A stretch of 64,000 nucleotides of DNA, taken from a virus. Below are positions 18,632 to 27,758 of this stretch, in pieces (the first letter of the stretch is position 1; every line of letters starts with the position of its first letter). The position numbers and the translations under genes are program-made. Location of the stretch: positions 1 through 64,000 of the IMG/VR virus record IMGVR_UViG_3300034759_000344; one strand, given 5' to 3'. The notes beneath the pieces are model-generated. The model saw nothing but the letters and a program-made list of their open reading frames with translations, searched no databases and was not told the origin of the DNA.

Positions 18632-18847
18632 TCAAAATCTGCTCAACAGTTTTTCCACAGCGACTCTTACAAAGTAACCGCTACACAGAACCAGCAAGGT
18701 GTAAATGTAAAAAGCGTACAAAGTTTTCCTGCGCTCCTGCAGTGGTTGTAAGGGTTCTTTTAAACTGCGCAGGCGGAAGTAGAAGTAGGCAGCTACTGCC
18801 AAACAAGTAGCGGGAAATGCTAGTAAAGCTATTAATGATTGACCCAC
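18632..18847 (-). CDS. small membrane protein
   Basis: two hydrophobic segments. Confidence 0.55.
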   Translation of the reverse strand: MGQSLIALLAFPATCLAVAAYFYFRLRSLKEPLQPLQERRKTLYAFYIYTLLVLCSGYFVRVAVEKLLSRF

Positions 18848-19242
18848 TCGTCCTTTACACTCCTTTCCTGCTTCAGTTTATTCTCCAAATAAATGCGGTA
18901 GAATTCGTTAAAGAACACATCTGCAGAAAGAACCACCAGCCACTTCTTGCGATTCTTTCTACAAGCTACTATAGGTATTTCTCCTTCTCCCGCCTCACTT
19001 TCTGCCTGCTGTAAGAAGTCGTAAACATCAAACCTCTCTCTTCGCTTCACCTCCATATGTAAGAACGGAAGACCTTCCACGTCAGGGGAATCTGGCGTGC
19101 CTTTAACTTGTGCTCCTCTCCGCAGTATCATGTTTAGGCTCTTGACTAAGTCAACCAGCCAATCAAACTGGGAGCAAAAATGCACAAACTCTCTTTCTCC
19201 ACGCTTCCCCTTTTCCTTGGAAAATCTTCCGTTCTTCATCAA
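18832..19242 (-). CDS. Holliday junction resolvase-like PD-(D/E)XK nuclease
   Basis: SKEKGKRGERE, SPDV, EVKR, W.V.L. Confidence 0.8.
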   Translation of the reverse strand: MMKNGRFSKEKGKRGEREFVHFCSQFDWLVDLVKSLNMILRRGAQVKGTPDSPDVEGLPFLHMEVKRRERFDVYDFLQQAESEAGEGEIPIVACRKNRKKWLVVLSADVFFNEFYRIYLENKLKQERSVKDEWVNH

Positions 19243-19514
19243 AATTAAGGCGTGGAGACCCCAACTTCTTTAAGTTGGGGAGGAAACGCCTTCCCTCCTT
19301 TCCCATAATAATGTTTTTCTTTTACTCAATAGTTTTAAATCTTTGTGACTGCTCCCACGACTAAAGTCGTGGGCTTCTAGGGGATAACCCCAAGCCTTGC
19401 AGCCCCAAGGCTAAAATGTTCAGTGCCGCATTAACGTCGCGGTCTAAAACCATACCGCAACACGGCAACTTGAGCTTTTACAAGCTCCACCCTCTATAGG
19501 GTGGGGTAGTTGAC
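19241..19514 (-). mobile_element. non-autonomous IscB/IsrB-type element with a nested TnpB 3'-end remnant
   Basis: starts GTCAACTACCCCACCCTATAGAGGGTGGAGCTTG; contains CCGMVLDRDVNAALNIL and a right end ...GTCAC (19345); ends with hairpin CCCCAACTTAAAGAAGTTGGGG then ATGA. Confidence 0.8.
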
Positions 19515-19520
19515 AATTTT

Positions 19521-19754
19521 TTACTTTCCTTTCTTGGCAGCTCTCTTTCTACCTTCGGCTGCCCATTGAGCCATTTTCTTTGCACCGTACTTCTTCCGCC
19601 CGATAGCTGCAGCTATCTTCTTTGCCGATTCTTCCGACTTTCCCTGCTTTTTAAGCTTCTGCACTAAAGCCTTAAACCTACCACTACCTGGTCCGGGAGG
19701 AGGAAGCTTTTTCCCCTCAGTTTTCTTGCTTCCTTTACCTTTACTTTTCGCCAT
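19521..19754 (-). CDS. small Lys-rich basic protein
   Basis: GGAGG RBS; very basic, ...AAAIGRKKYG... Confidence 0.7.
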   Translation of the reverse strand: MAKSKGKGSKKTEGKKLPPPGPGSGRFKALVQKLKKQGKSEESAKKIAAAIGRKKYGAKKMAQWAAEGRKRAAKKGK

Positions 19755-19805
19755 AATTAAGCAAACCTCCTTAATATACAAACACTATCCATATATAAAA
19801 TATTC

Positions 19806-19826
19806 CTAAACTAAGATTTAGTTTAG
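19806..19826. promoter_or_regulatory. palindromic operator-like site
   Basis: CTAAACTA-AGATT-TAGTTTAG, perfect 8-bp arms. Confidence 0.55.
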
Positions 19827-19859
19827 TTTAGGCGTATATCCAAGTGACTAACTTGTATA

Positions 19860-20312
19860 TCAACAAGCCGAACAGGTATCCAATAGACACAAACAAAACC
19901 AACAAAGCCACATTTGAGTAGAAAAGCATGCGATACGTACAAGCCGTATCGAAGTGCTCCTGGTACCGCACCACTTTATGAACCAAACCCCAGAATACTG
20001 CCAGCAGATTAAAATATCTGCATCTTTTAGGAGTTCGCCTCTTTGTTTCAAATTGGCATAGACTTTCGAAGCTATATCAAAAATATCCCGAGTGTCCAAT
20101 AGTACCAAACCAAGTGTTTTACAAAGTGATTCAAACTTTGTTAACTTAGTGGTGGCATTAGCTGCCAAAAGGCCACGCTTTATCTCATAATAACTTATCC
20201 CATTTATGAAGATTTTTTTGCCCTCTAACGCCTTTCTTCGCGCTATCCGTTTTATTTTTTCATTATCTTTCAGAATTGCCGTTATGATATTCGTATCAAG
20301 TACATATGTCAT
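19860..20312 (-). pseudogene. vapC: VapC/PIN toxin, truncated after DADILI
   Basis: YVLDTN, YYEIKRG, DADILI, then off-frame sequence from the interrupted gene; the final PIN motif is missing. Confidence 0.75.
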
Positions 20313-20557
20313 TTAAAAAGAAGTCTCCTCTTTACTGCTTCATCAAATATTTCAATTTGTTCAGGATCCAGGTCCCTCAAGAGCCCTGACATCGCTTCTA
20401 ATGCTAAAATCCGCTCTATTCTTTCATAAAGTTCTTCATCGGAAATTTCACTCAATTCAAGAGAAGTCTCACTTAGCATTTCCGAAATAGCCTTCAATAA
20501 TTCATGTTTATCTACTCCTTCAAAAAGTCTCTCTTCACGCGTTATTTTATCAATCAT
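20309..20557 (-). CDS. putative antitoxin for the PIN toxin
   Basis: acidic 82-aa ORF overlapping the PIN start (ATGA coupling). Confidence 0.65.
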   Translation of the reverse strand: MIDKITREERLFEGVDKHELLKAISEMLSETSLELSEISDEELYERIERILALEAMSGLLRDLDPEQIEIFDEAVKRRLLFK

Positions 20558-20605
20558 CTTTGAAATTTTAAATAAAGAAGGGTAGAAGTAACCAAAACCA
20601 CACAG

Positions 20606-20872
20606 CTACTTAACACCTCCCCGGTACAAGGGATTGAGTACTCCTTCCGGTGGGTTCCAGGTTACCGGTGCGTAGCTTAAGATATACCCACGAGAAGTAG
20701 TTAAATATATTTCATTTAAGTGTCCTCTACGCACCAATTTTTTAACCTTGCTCTTCGGTATTCCCAAAGCATCCAGCATATGTTGAGTTATAGGCCTTTG
20801 GTGTTTTTCGACATAAGCCGTTATTGCTTTAAGTATTTGTACTTCCTTAACAACAGCTTCCACAAACTCCAC
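20606..20872 (-). CDS. hypothetical protein (possible winged HTH)
   Basis: 88-aa ORF with RBS. Confidence 0.6.
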   Translation of the reverse strand: MEFVEAVVKEVQILKAITAYVEKHQRPITQHMLDALGIPKSKVKKLVRRGHLNEIYLTTSRGYILSYAPVTWNPPEGVLNPLYRGGVK

Positions 20873-20875
20873 CTC

Positions 20876-21058
20876 TCAATCACAGTAACCATCATCTTCA
20901 GATACCCATAACACTTTACGCGTATCATTAAGCTTACCCGTTATTTCCTTGTGACATTCAGAACAATACCAACTATCACCAAGACAATGCATATCCTCAT
21001 AGTGAACCAGCTTCCCACATCTCACACAAAAATCGTGAAAATCACCTGGATTAGCCAT
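20876..21058 (-). CDS. small zinc-finger protein
   Basis: CVRC...CSEC. Confidence 0.6.
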   Translation of the reverse strand: MANPGDFHDFCVRCGKLVHYEDMHCLGDSWYCSECHKEITGKLNDTRKVLWVSEDDGYCD

Positions 21059-21074
21059 TACTCACCCACTCCTT

Positions 21075-21123
21075 GTGACCTCTTCCCACCACTGAAGTGG
21101 GTGGGCTTTCCCGGCGGGAGATC
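21075..21123 (-). mobile_element. 49-bp minimal IS605-type element
   Basis: TTAC|GATCTCCCGCCGGGAAAGCCCACCC...GGGAAGAGGTCAC; both ends match the element at 41957-42172. Confidence 0.65.
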
Positions 21124-21156
21124 GTAAGAGCAGTGAAGATGTCACTAAAAACATTA

Positions 21157-21396
21157 TCAAACATGGTTTGTACTACCTCCTTCCAATTTCCTTCCACACA
21201 AAGGGCAATACACGGGAAGAGAATTAACAAGAGGGGTTCTGCTTATTTCTCCGTTGTCGTTTATCCAGTAGTAGAACACCACCACAACGTGGTTACAAGA
21301 AGAACATTTCCTTCCTGCAAAATTTTCCTCAAGAGTTATAGACATCTTGTAGTATTCGCCTAATGTAGGATGTTTTATCGGTTCTGCAGGTAACAC
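21157..21396 (-). CDS. small zinc-ribbon protein
   Basis: CSSC...YCPLCGRKL. Confidence 0.65.
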   Translation of the reverse strand: MLPAEPIKHPTLGEYYKMSITLEENFAGRKCSSCNHVVVVFYYWINDNGEISRTPLVNSLPVYCPLCGRKLEGGSTNHV

Positions 21397-21605
21397 TTTA
21401 ACTCCTCCTCACTTTCCTTGACAACCTTTTGAAATTCTCTGTGCAGAAGATTGTGTACCCAGACAACTTTCTGTTCTAATTCCCTCTTAGTGCCACCTTT
21501 ACAGCTGGAAGCTATTGCCTTCGTAAGCTGAGAAACCAACTGCCTAATTTCTTCCCTGTTTTTATCATCAAGTTCTTTATCACAAATAGGTATAGTTAAA
21601 AACAA
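21375..21605 (-). CDS. hypothetical protein
   Basis: GGAGG RBS. Confidence 0.55.
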   Translation of the reverse strand: MFLTIPICDKELDDKNREEIRQLVSQLTKAIASSCKGGTKRELEQKVVWVHNLLHREFQKVVKESEEELKCYLQNR

Positions 21606-21701
21606 CGTGATGCCTCCTTTAGTTAATCAACAGATCACAGCTTCAATTCCCCAAACAAAAGCTCATACAGTTCGTTCTTAACATCAACAAACAGACTTCT
21701 A

Positions 21702-23060
21702 GTGAACTACCATCCACCTTTAGAGGTGGAGGCCTCGTGAGAAGTTTGGTAGTTTTTACACTACCCTTATTCTCACAGGACGGTTCACACGCCCACTACT
21801 GACTATCTGCTTTGCAGCAGACTCGCCAGCTACTTTTGCAAGTATATTTATCGCTCCGTTTATATCCGCATTCATCACATTCCCACAATCTTTGCATACA
21901 TACAACCCTCTATATTTTCTGTTACCTTTCCTCACAACCTTGCACCTGCTACACATCTGCGATGTGAAACTTTCATCTTCTTCAATGTACTCTATACCAT
22001 ACTCTTCACACTTTGCTCTGAGTTTCCTCTTGAACTTATCATACGGTATGCTCACAAAATTTTGATTGTTTACCCTGCCAAGATTTATCTCCTGCTTTAT
22101 ATCCTTCATTTTTCCAATTACTATTGTGCCTATCTGGTTGTTCAAACAGTGCTTGGTTATTAAACTTACTGCCTGATTCAAAAAGTTGTCAACTACATGC
22201 TGCCTCTTGAGGGAAATCTTTGCAAGTTTTGAACCATATCTAATCCCCTGTTTCGAGTATATACTTTGCAGTCTTGCTCTTTCCTTGTTGTACCATCGGT
22301 TGATTGATTTTATATACCTGCCTTCTATCAAAAAAGCAGTCCCGATGGTATCAACCACCGATGCAAAGTTGTCAAGCCCAAGGTCTATAGATAAGTACTT
22401 ACTTTTGTCAAGACTATAAGACTGTTTTTCTTCCTCATACACATACTCAATTTCAAACCATCTGCCATGAAACTTTGGCAGTATCCTGACCTCTTTTATT
22501 CTCTTGCCCAAAATGTTAGCTGGCAGGTCAAAATACAAGTGCCTTACCCCAAACTCCCTGTAAAAATTCCTGCCAAGGCTAAGTCTTACTTTGTCTTTTT
22601 CTACCTTGAACTGGTCTTTCGGAAAACTGAGAAGAAACATGCCATCCTTTGGCAGATACTTCGGTGGAGAAACTTTCCAATCGATTTTTCCCTCTTTCTT
22701 AGTTGCCAGTAGTTTAAAAAACGACTTAAAAGCTTCGTCTACTGCTTGTACTGTCTGCTGGGCAACCTGTGATGGAAGCAGTCTGTAGTTTTTGTTCTCT
22801 TTTACAATGTGATATACACTTTCATATCGTAGATATTGTTGAGTATTGAAATAGTGCTGCCTTATGTGGTAAAGAGCATAATTGTACAGGTTTTTTGATA
22901 CATGGCATAATATCCGCAGTAGTCTGTATGTTTGTTTGTTGCATCTTATATGATTTTTCTGAGTTTTGTACATTTTACATCACCTAAAGAATATTATATC
23001 GTATTCTTTAGCAATTCATCTCCATCTTAGAGAAGATGGAGTCTTCTTGCTGAATTTTTG
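21702..23060 (-). mobile_element. IS605/IS1341-type element (tnpB only)
   Basis: inserted after TTTAT; left-end hairpin CTCCATCTT-CTCT-AAGATGGAG; right-end hairpin TCCACCTCTAAAGGTGGA then GTAGTTCAC. Confidence 0.85.
21756..22973 (-). CDS. tnpB: TnpB RNA-guided endonuclease
   Basis: SKNLYNYA, SIDLGLDN, ESFTSQMCSRC, CKDCG..MNADINGAINI. Confidence 0.92.
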   Translation of the reverse strand: MYKTQKNHIRCNKQTYRLLRILCHVSKNLYNYALYHIRQHYFNTQQYLRYESVYHIVKENKNYRLLPSQVAQQTVQAVDEAFKSFFKLLATKKEGKIDWKVSPPKYLPKDGMFLLSFPKDQFKVEKDKVRLSLGRNFYREFGVRHLYFDLPANILGKRIKEVRILPKFHGRWFEIEYVYEEEKQSYSLDKSKYLSIDLGLDNFASVVDTIGTAFLIEGRYIKSINRWYNKERARLQSIYSKQGIRYGSKLAKISLKRQHVVDNFLNQAVSLITKHCLNNQIGTIVIGKMKDIKQEINLGRVNNQNFVSIPYDKFKRKLRAKCEEYGIEYIEEDESFTSQMCSRCKVVRKGNRKYRGLYVCKDCGNVMNADINGAINILAKVAGESAAKQIVSSGRVNRPVRIRVV

Positions 23061-23399
23061 ATAAACTGGTAAATCATTCAAATCTATCCTTCCCAGTTCT
23101 TCAAAATGCATAATGGCAAACACATTCCAGGCTGCAGCCGCCAGGTGGTCTTCATCACTCATACCCATCTGGTACTTGATTAAATGCCTCAATGCTGAAT
23201 CCAAAAACCTTGAAAAGGGCATACCCTTTTCCCAATTGCGTTCCGAATATTTTTTAGCCCCCGCTTCATACCATTTAGCCAAGCGCATCAAAGCAAAAGG
23301 AGAAACTAAATCGAACCTACCCTTACCTTCTCTAATATCTCTTACTGCACCAGTTGTGAACTCCTCTCGCTGTCCAGAATCTTGAATTGCATAAGACAT
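23016..23399 (-). CDS. dATP/dGTP diphosphohydrolase (DUF5664-like)
   Basis: FTTGAVRD...GKGRFDL, GAKKY..RNWEKG, SALRH, EDHLAAAAWN; GGAGG RBS before ATG 23399; C-terminus supplied by the IS. Confidence 0.85.
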   Translation of the reverse strand: MSYAIQDSGQREEFTTGAVRDIREGKGRFDLVSPFALMRLAKWYEAGAKKYSERNWEKGMPFSRFLDSALRHLIKYQMGMSDEDHLAAAAWNVFAIMHFEELGRIDLNDLPVYQKFSKKTPSSLRWR

Positions 23400-23400
23400 A

Positions 23401-24024
23401 TTACCTACCTCCTTCCTCTGAAGAATCTTCCCTGAAAGCTCTTTTCTGAAGCATAGTAGAACATCGAATCTTTCCCAAAGGCCAAGTTTCAACAACGTAC
23501 AACTCCTGACGTCCGTGTACAGCTATACTTACTGAAGCACCAGAATTCATAACACCGCAGATATACTTACCTCCTTCTTCAAGCCATATATCTACATCCT
23601 CTATCCAATCTGCATATTGAGGAGGTGCATTAGTACGAAAAATATCTAAGTAATTTTCGGTATAGACTTTCAAAAACAGATCCAAGTCGCGTTTGCTTTT
23701 CAGATATAAAAGAAACCTGCGAATAATACTTGCTGGAGTTAGGTAGCGGTTGTAGAAGAGAGTATCCACCAACCTGAGGTAGCATTCACCTTCAGAAGTA
23801 AAGTCAAACATAAACCTCTGTCGCAAAGTGTTTATTTCTACTTCAGCATAACCACCAAGATACTTACTGAGCAATCCTACCCGTAGCAAATCATCATCGG
23901 GATGTGGAGACCAACCCAAAAGCATATGTTTAAAATTACCTTTGAAAACAATATCCCCTTCTTTAAAAGCTTCTAAATACAAGTGGCTCACTCCTCCTCT
24001 CCTATCCTGGAAAGCTGCATCCAA
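23401..24024 (-). CDS. hypothetical protein
   Basis: long ORF; true start probably the GTG after GGAGGAG near 23990. Confidence 0.6.
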   Translation of the reverse strand: MDAAFQDRRGGVSHLYLEAFKEGDIVFKGNFKHMLLGWSPHPDDDLLRVGLLSKYLGGYAEVEINTLRQRFMFDFTSEGECYLRLVDTLFYNRYLTPASIIRRFLLYLKSKRDLDLFLKVYTENYLDIFRTNAPPQYADWIEDVDIWLEEGGKYICGVMNSGASVSIAVHGRQELYVVETWPLGKIRCSTMLQKRAFREDSSEEGGR

Positions 24025-24701
24025 AGTATCAATTCATCTTTGAGCATTTCAGCTACATCTTTTGAAATATAAACACAGCGATCAGTTACTCCAAAAATAA
24101 TTCCTAAAACATTACATATCTTGCACAAACTGTTAACCAGTTGAGTCCTTATGTACTCGCCAATTTCATTTATAGATACATCTTTAAAATAGAAAGACTC
24201 CAAATCCACTTTAACCAAAGCTTCAAAGCCGCTAGTAGTAATTTCCACCTTACGCACTTGACCTATACGGGATTCACCGCTTAACTTATTGCTGGGACTT
24301 GTTTCCAAGTATATGTCGGGAAGTCCGCTTTTATTAGAAAAAAGGCTATCCACTACTTTCAAGCTGTACGGCTCTTCCTCAAGATAAGAATTTAGGAACT
24401 CTATCAAACGAGCAAAAAAGGTAGCAGCCTGTTGATGGAATGCGCTACCATTTGGGTTGTCAGTAACCCATGTCTTCCAAGCAGAAAGCAAAGGTTCTTT
24501 AAAAGCATTTACAGTACACATCAAGTAAAAAGGGAAGCGGTAAATAGGCTTATTAACCTCAACAGTAAATCGAAAATCTTCACGAACTGGGTCCCATACC
24601 ACAACAAACTCCTCCGAAGATAAAAGCTCGGGAAGAGATTTCTTCAACTCTACTTTTAATTCCCTAAATACAAACAACCACTCCGCATTAACCGAGAACA
24701 C
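23988..24701 (-). CDS. hypothetical protein
   Basis: 237-aa ORF in operon. Confidence 0.65.
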   Translation of the reverse strand: MFSVNAEWLFVFRELKVELKKSLPELLSSEEFVVVWDPVREDFRFTVEVNKPIYRFPFYLMCTVNAFKEPLLSAWKTWVTDNPNGSAFHQQAATFFARLIEFLNSYLEEEPYSLKVVDSLFSNKSGLPDIYLETSPSNKLSGESRIGQVRKVEITTSGFEALVKVDLESFYFKDVSINEIGEYIRTQLVNSLCKICNVLGIIFGVTDRCVYISKDVAEMLKDELILWMQLSRIGEEE

Positions 24702-24727
24702 CTCTTAACCCTCCCAGCGTCTCACAA

Positions 24728-24964
24728 CTACAGCTCCCGTTTTAGTATTCGAAACAAGCACCCACTACTGTCTAAACTATGAAAGTCCTCAATGAGAAAA
24801 TCTTGGCTGGTTTGATTTCCCACGTTAACAAAGACTACTGCCTTACCCAACATACCTTTAATCTCTTCTAAAAGAGCATTCTGTTTTTCAATAGCTTCCT
24901 TAAGCTCCTGCACCAGCTTAAAAAGCTCTTCCGGTTTCCTCCTCTTTTTAAGCACTACAATCAA
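24728..24964 (-). CDS. hypothetical protein
   Basis: AAGGAGG RBS; coiled coil. Confidence 0.55.
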   Translation of the reverse strand: MIVVLKKRRKPEELFKLVQELKEAIEKQNALLEEIKGMLGKAVVFVNVGNQTSQDFLIEDFHSLDSSGCLFRILKREL

Positions 24965-25000
24965 TACCTCCTTACAGCCGGGCCCTTATCGAGCCCGGTG

Positions 25001-25348
25001 CTATCGATAAATATGTACTGAGCTGTTTCCACGCTCGTCTCCTATCGTAACTTGGACGCTAGCAGTCCACCAAGATAGGAGTCCTACATCAACAATATCC
25101 AATATCTTTTTAGACAATATTTGGTTCAAGTATCCGCTTACTTCAGATAACTTCGGACAGGATCTGACCTCATCTGCCACGTCCGTAAACAATTTGTGAA
25201 GAGCATCTGCATACTTTTGCATCTCTTCATCAATAACTGGATCCTTAAATTCCAAAGCAACATCCATAATCAAAGTGACAGGTACTGAAGAATCGATATT
25301 CTCTTTGAAAGCAAAGTTAACTCCTACTGAATACTCTTTAGATCCCAA
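25001..25348 (-). CDS. hypothetical protein
   Basis: AAGGAGG RBS. Confidence 0.65.
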   Translation of the reverse strand: MGSKEYSVGVNFAFKENIDSSVPVTLIMDVALEFKDPVIDEEMQKYADALHKLFTDVADEVRSCPKLSEVSGYLNQILSKKILDIVDVGLLSWWTASVQVTIGDERGNSSVHIYR

Positions 25349-25363
25349 AAAAACGACACCTCC

Positions 25364-27745
25364 TTATGAACACTTACTCTCACCGCAATCCAAACAGGTG
25401 TAGCATCCTTCAATGGTGGCAATAGTGCCTCCACACTTAGGACATACAGCGCCACCAGTTGCTGCTTCCTCAGCGTCTTGAGGATCTTCTACTGACTCGC
25501 TATTAACCGCTTCCAAAAACACCACATGGTTACTCAACACTCTAGCTAAAGCATCCGCACAGGAAAACACCTCCTTTCCCTGGGCCATACACACAGGACA
25601 GCGAATTCCCTTTAACTGGTGCACTATTTGCTGTAAATTAACTCCGGAGCGGAGCAGTATAGAAGTTAGCCTGGAAACTGCTTCAATATTTGCTCTACAT
25701 ACACCCCCTTTACCGGTATTCAAGAAAGTCTCTAAAGGACGTCCTTGATCGTCAATGTTTAAAGTCACGTAGAGGGTTCCGCAGGCAACGGCGAACTCGG
25801 TCGTGAATCCTCGGGTGGTTTTGGGTCTTGGAGAGGGGTAGATTTCGCTTCTACAGCCTTCACCAGCCGTACTTCCACAACATATTCCTCCCCCAGAAGC
25901 TGCCGAGCTTCTCTGGTAAGTTGGGCTTGAATTCTGGCTAGACTTTCCCGAATCTGCTCTATAAAGTACTTGCTCTCCTTTGCACCCATCTCTAAATACA
26001 GTCACTCCTTTACATCCCTCTTTCCAAGCAGTCCAGTAAACCTCAGCAACTTCCTGTTTAGTAGCATCGTGAGGTAAATTGATGGTTTTAGAAACACCGT
26101 TAGATATGTATTTCTGCCAAGCTGCCTGAACCTTAATATGATTGGAAGGTGGAACGGTATGAGCATCCACAAAGTATTCTGGAGGAGTTGCATGCTCTCC
26201 ATGCTTTTTAATCCATTCCTCATATAAAGGATCTAAAACTTCCATTTCTTTGGTTTCTTCTCCGTCAATGTACTTTCTAATATGCTTCAAAGCAAAAACA
26301 GGCTCTATACCCGAGGAAGTATCGCATATCAGCGAACAGGTACCTGTAGGTGCGATGGTATTCCAGGTGGCATTGCGCAGTCCTATATCCAAAAAATCAG
26401 TAACTGACAAGCCGTTATCAATACAAAATTCCTTAATAATACGGGAATTGCTTAAAGCTTGATAGCTGTCCTCATACCCTAAAAACCTTCCATAGCGTTT
26501 AGCCAGCTCCTGTGAAGTTCGAATACTGGTATCTCTTAAGAACCTGCCCAGCTTATGCACCAACTCTATACACTGCACATCGCCGTAGGTATAACCGAGC
26601 TTAAACAGTAAGTGAGCAAACCCCATAACTCCCAAACCCACTGGACGAAACTTGCGGGTACGGTTGCCTATATCCTCAGTAGGAAATACCGCTACATCGA
26701 TTACCCGATCAAGAGCCTTAATACCGAAGCGTATCAACCGATGAAATCTGTCCCAGTCAAATTCACCGTCAGCATTAACCAATTTAGACAAGTCAATGTG
26801 TCCTAAGTTACAAGAAAGGTTACTGTAAGTAGGTATCTCCCCGCAAGGATTAGTAGCTGTAATGTATTCCCCTGTAATGAAAGCATCTTGATTGATGTTT
26901 TCAAAGAACAAAACACCGGGATCTCCAGTTCTCCAGGCACACTCCACTATGGTGTCCCAAACCTCATGAGCTCTTATCGTCCTTACTACTTCTTTAGTTC
27001 TGGGGTCTAACAAAGGAAATTCTTCGTTCTGGGATACAGCTCTCATAAACTTGTGGTTCACCATAACTGAAATGTTGAAAAACTGTAGATTGTTGGGATC
27101 CAGTTTGCTGGTTATAAACTCCATGATGTCGGGATGGTCAACACTTAAAACTGCCATTTGGGCAGAACGCCTTCTACCTCCCTGAAGAATAGCCTGGGCT
27201 GAAGCATCAAAAAGCTTCATAAAAGATACCGGTCCAGAGGCCACTCCCACCCCAGAATCCAAAGGTCTTCCTTTGTGAGAAAGTTTTGAAAAATCATAGC
27301 CAACTCCGCCGCCTACTTTACTGATCACCGCTGCATTAAACAAAGCGTTGTAAATACCCTCAATGGAATTCTCTACAGGAACCACAAAGCAGGCAGATAG
27401 GTTATGACGATAGTTGCGGCTGTTGTAAATCTTTTCGTAGTCAGCACGAGTCATCTCTTCAACTGACTTATAAAGAAGATGGGGATCTATACCTAAACCA
27501 GCATTGAAAAGGCAGGGAGAATTGAAAATAAATACCCGCTCTACCAAAGCCCTGTACAGGTCCAATTCAAAATTGACAATATCCTCTAAAGTTTCGCAGT
27601 CGTGAATGACTCCTCCAGAAGCCACGAAGCGAGCTATCCTTTGACACACATCGCTCCAAGAACTTTCACCTTCCAGCAAGTAGCGTGCCTTCATGATAGT
27701 TTCTGCATTTTTGCTCATAGGAGTAAAGAGAGTTGCAGCAGCCAT
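25364..27745 (-). CDS. nrdJ: class II (B12-dependent) ribonucleotide reductase with C-terminal TSCPD/zinc ribbon
   Basis: FNSP, LSACFV, GGGVG, QGGRRRSAQM, TNPCGE, CNLG, TIAPTGT, SSGIEP, VSKTIN, KGVTVFRDG; no intein seen. Confidence 0.92.
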   Translation of the reverse strand: MAAATLFTPMSKNAETIMKARYLLEGESSWSDVCQRIARFVASGGVIHDCETLEDIVNFELDLYRALVERVFIFNSPCLFNAGLGIDPHLLYKSVEEMTRADYEKIYNSRNYRHNLSACFVVPVENSIEGIYNALFNAAVISKVGGGVGYDFSKLSHKGRPLDSGVGVASGPVSFMKLFDASAQAILQGGRRRSAQMAVLSVDHPDIMEFITSKLDPNNLQFFNISVMVNHKFMRAVSQNEEFPLLDPRTKEVVRTIRAHEVWDTIVECAWRTGDPGVLFFENINQDAFITGEYITATNPCGEIPTYSNLSCNLGHIDLSKLVNADGEFDWDRFHRLIRFGIKALDRVIDVAVFPTEDIGNRTRKFRPVGLGVMGFAHLLFKLGYTYGDVQCIELVHKLGRFLRDTSIRTSQELAKRYGRFLGYEDSYQALSNSRIIKEFCIDNGLSVTDFLDIGLRNATWNTIAPTGTCSLICDTSSGIEPVFALKHIRKYIDGEETKEMEVLDPLYEEWIKKHGEHATPPEYFVDAHTVPPSNHIKVQAAWQKYISNGVSKTINLPHDATKQEVAEVYWTAWKEGCKGVTVFRDGCKGEQVLYRADSGKSSQNSSPTYQRSSAASGGGICCGSTAGEGCRSEIYPSPRPKTTRGFTTEFAVACGTLYVTLNIDDQGRPLETFLNTGKGGVCRANIEAVSRLTSILLRSGVNLQQIVHQLKGIRCPVCMAQGKEVFSCADALARVLSNHVVFLEAVNSESVEDPQDAEEAATGGAVCPKCGGTIATIEGCYTCLDCGESKCS

Positions 27746-27758
27746 CCATATTCCTCCT

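Larger units (their letters stand above)
19828..20603 (-). pseudogene. ~70-aa membrane protein gene split by the vapBC insertion
   Basis: joining 20603-20571 to 20007-19828 gives in-frame MWFWLLLPFFI|LLAVFWGLVHKVV...LVTWIYA*. Confidence 0.7.
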
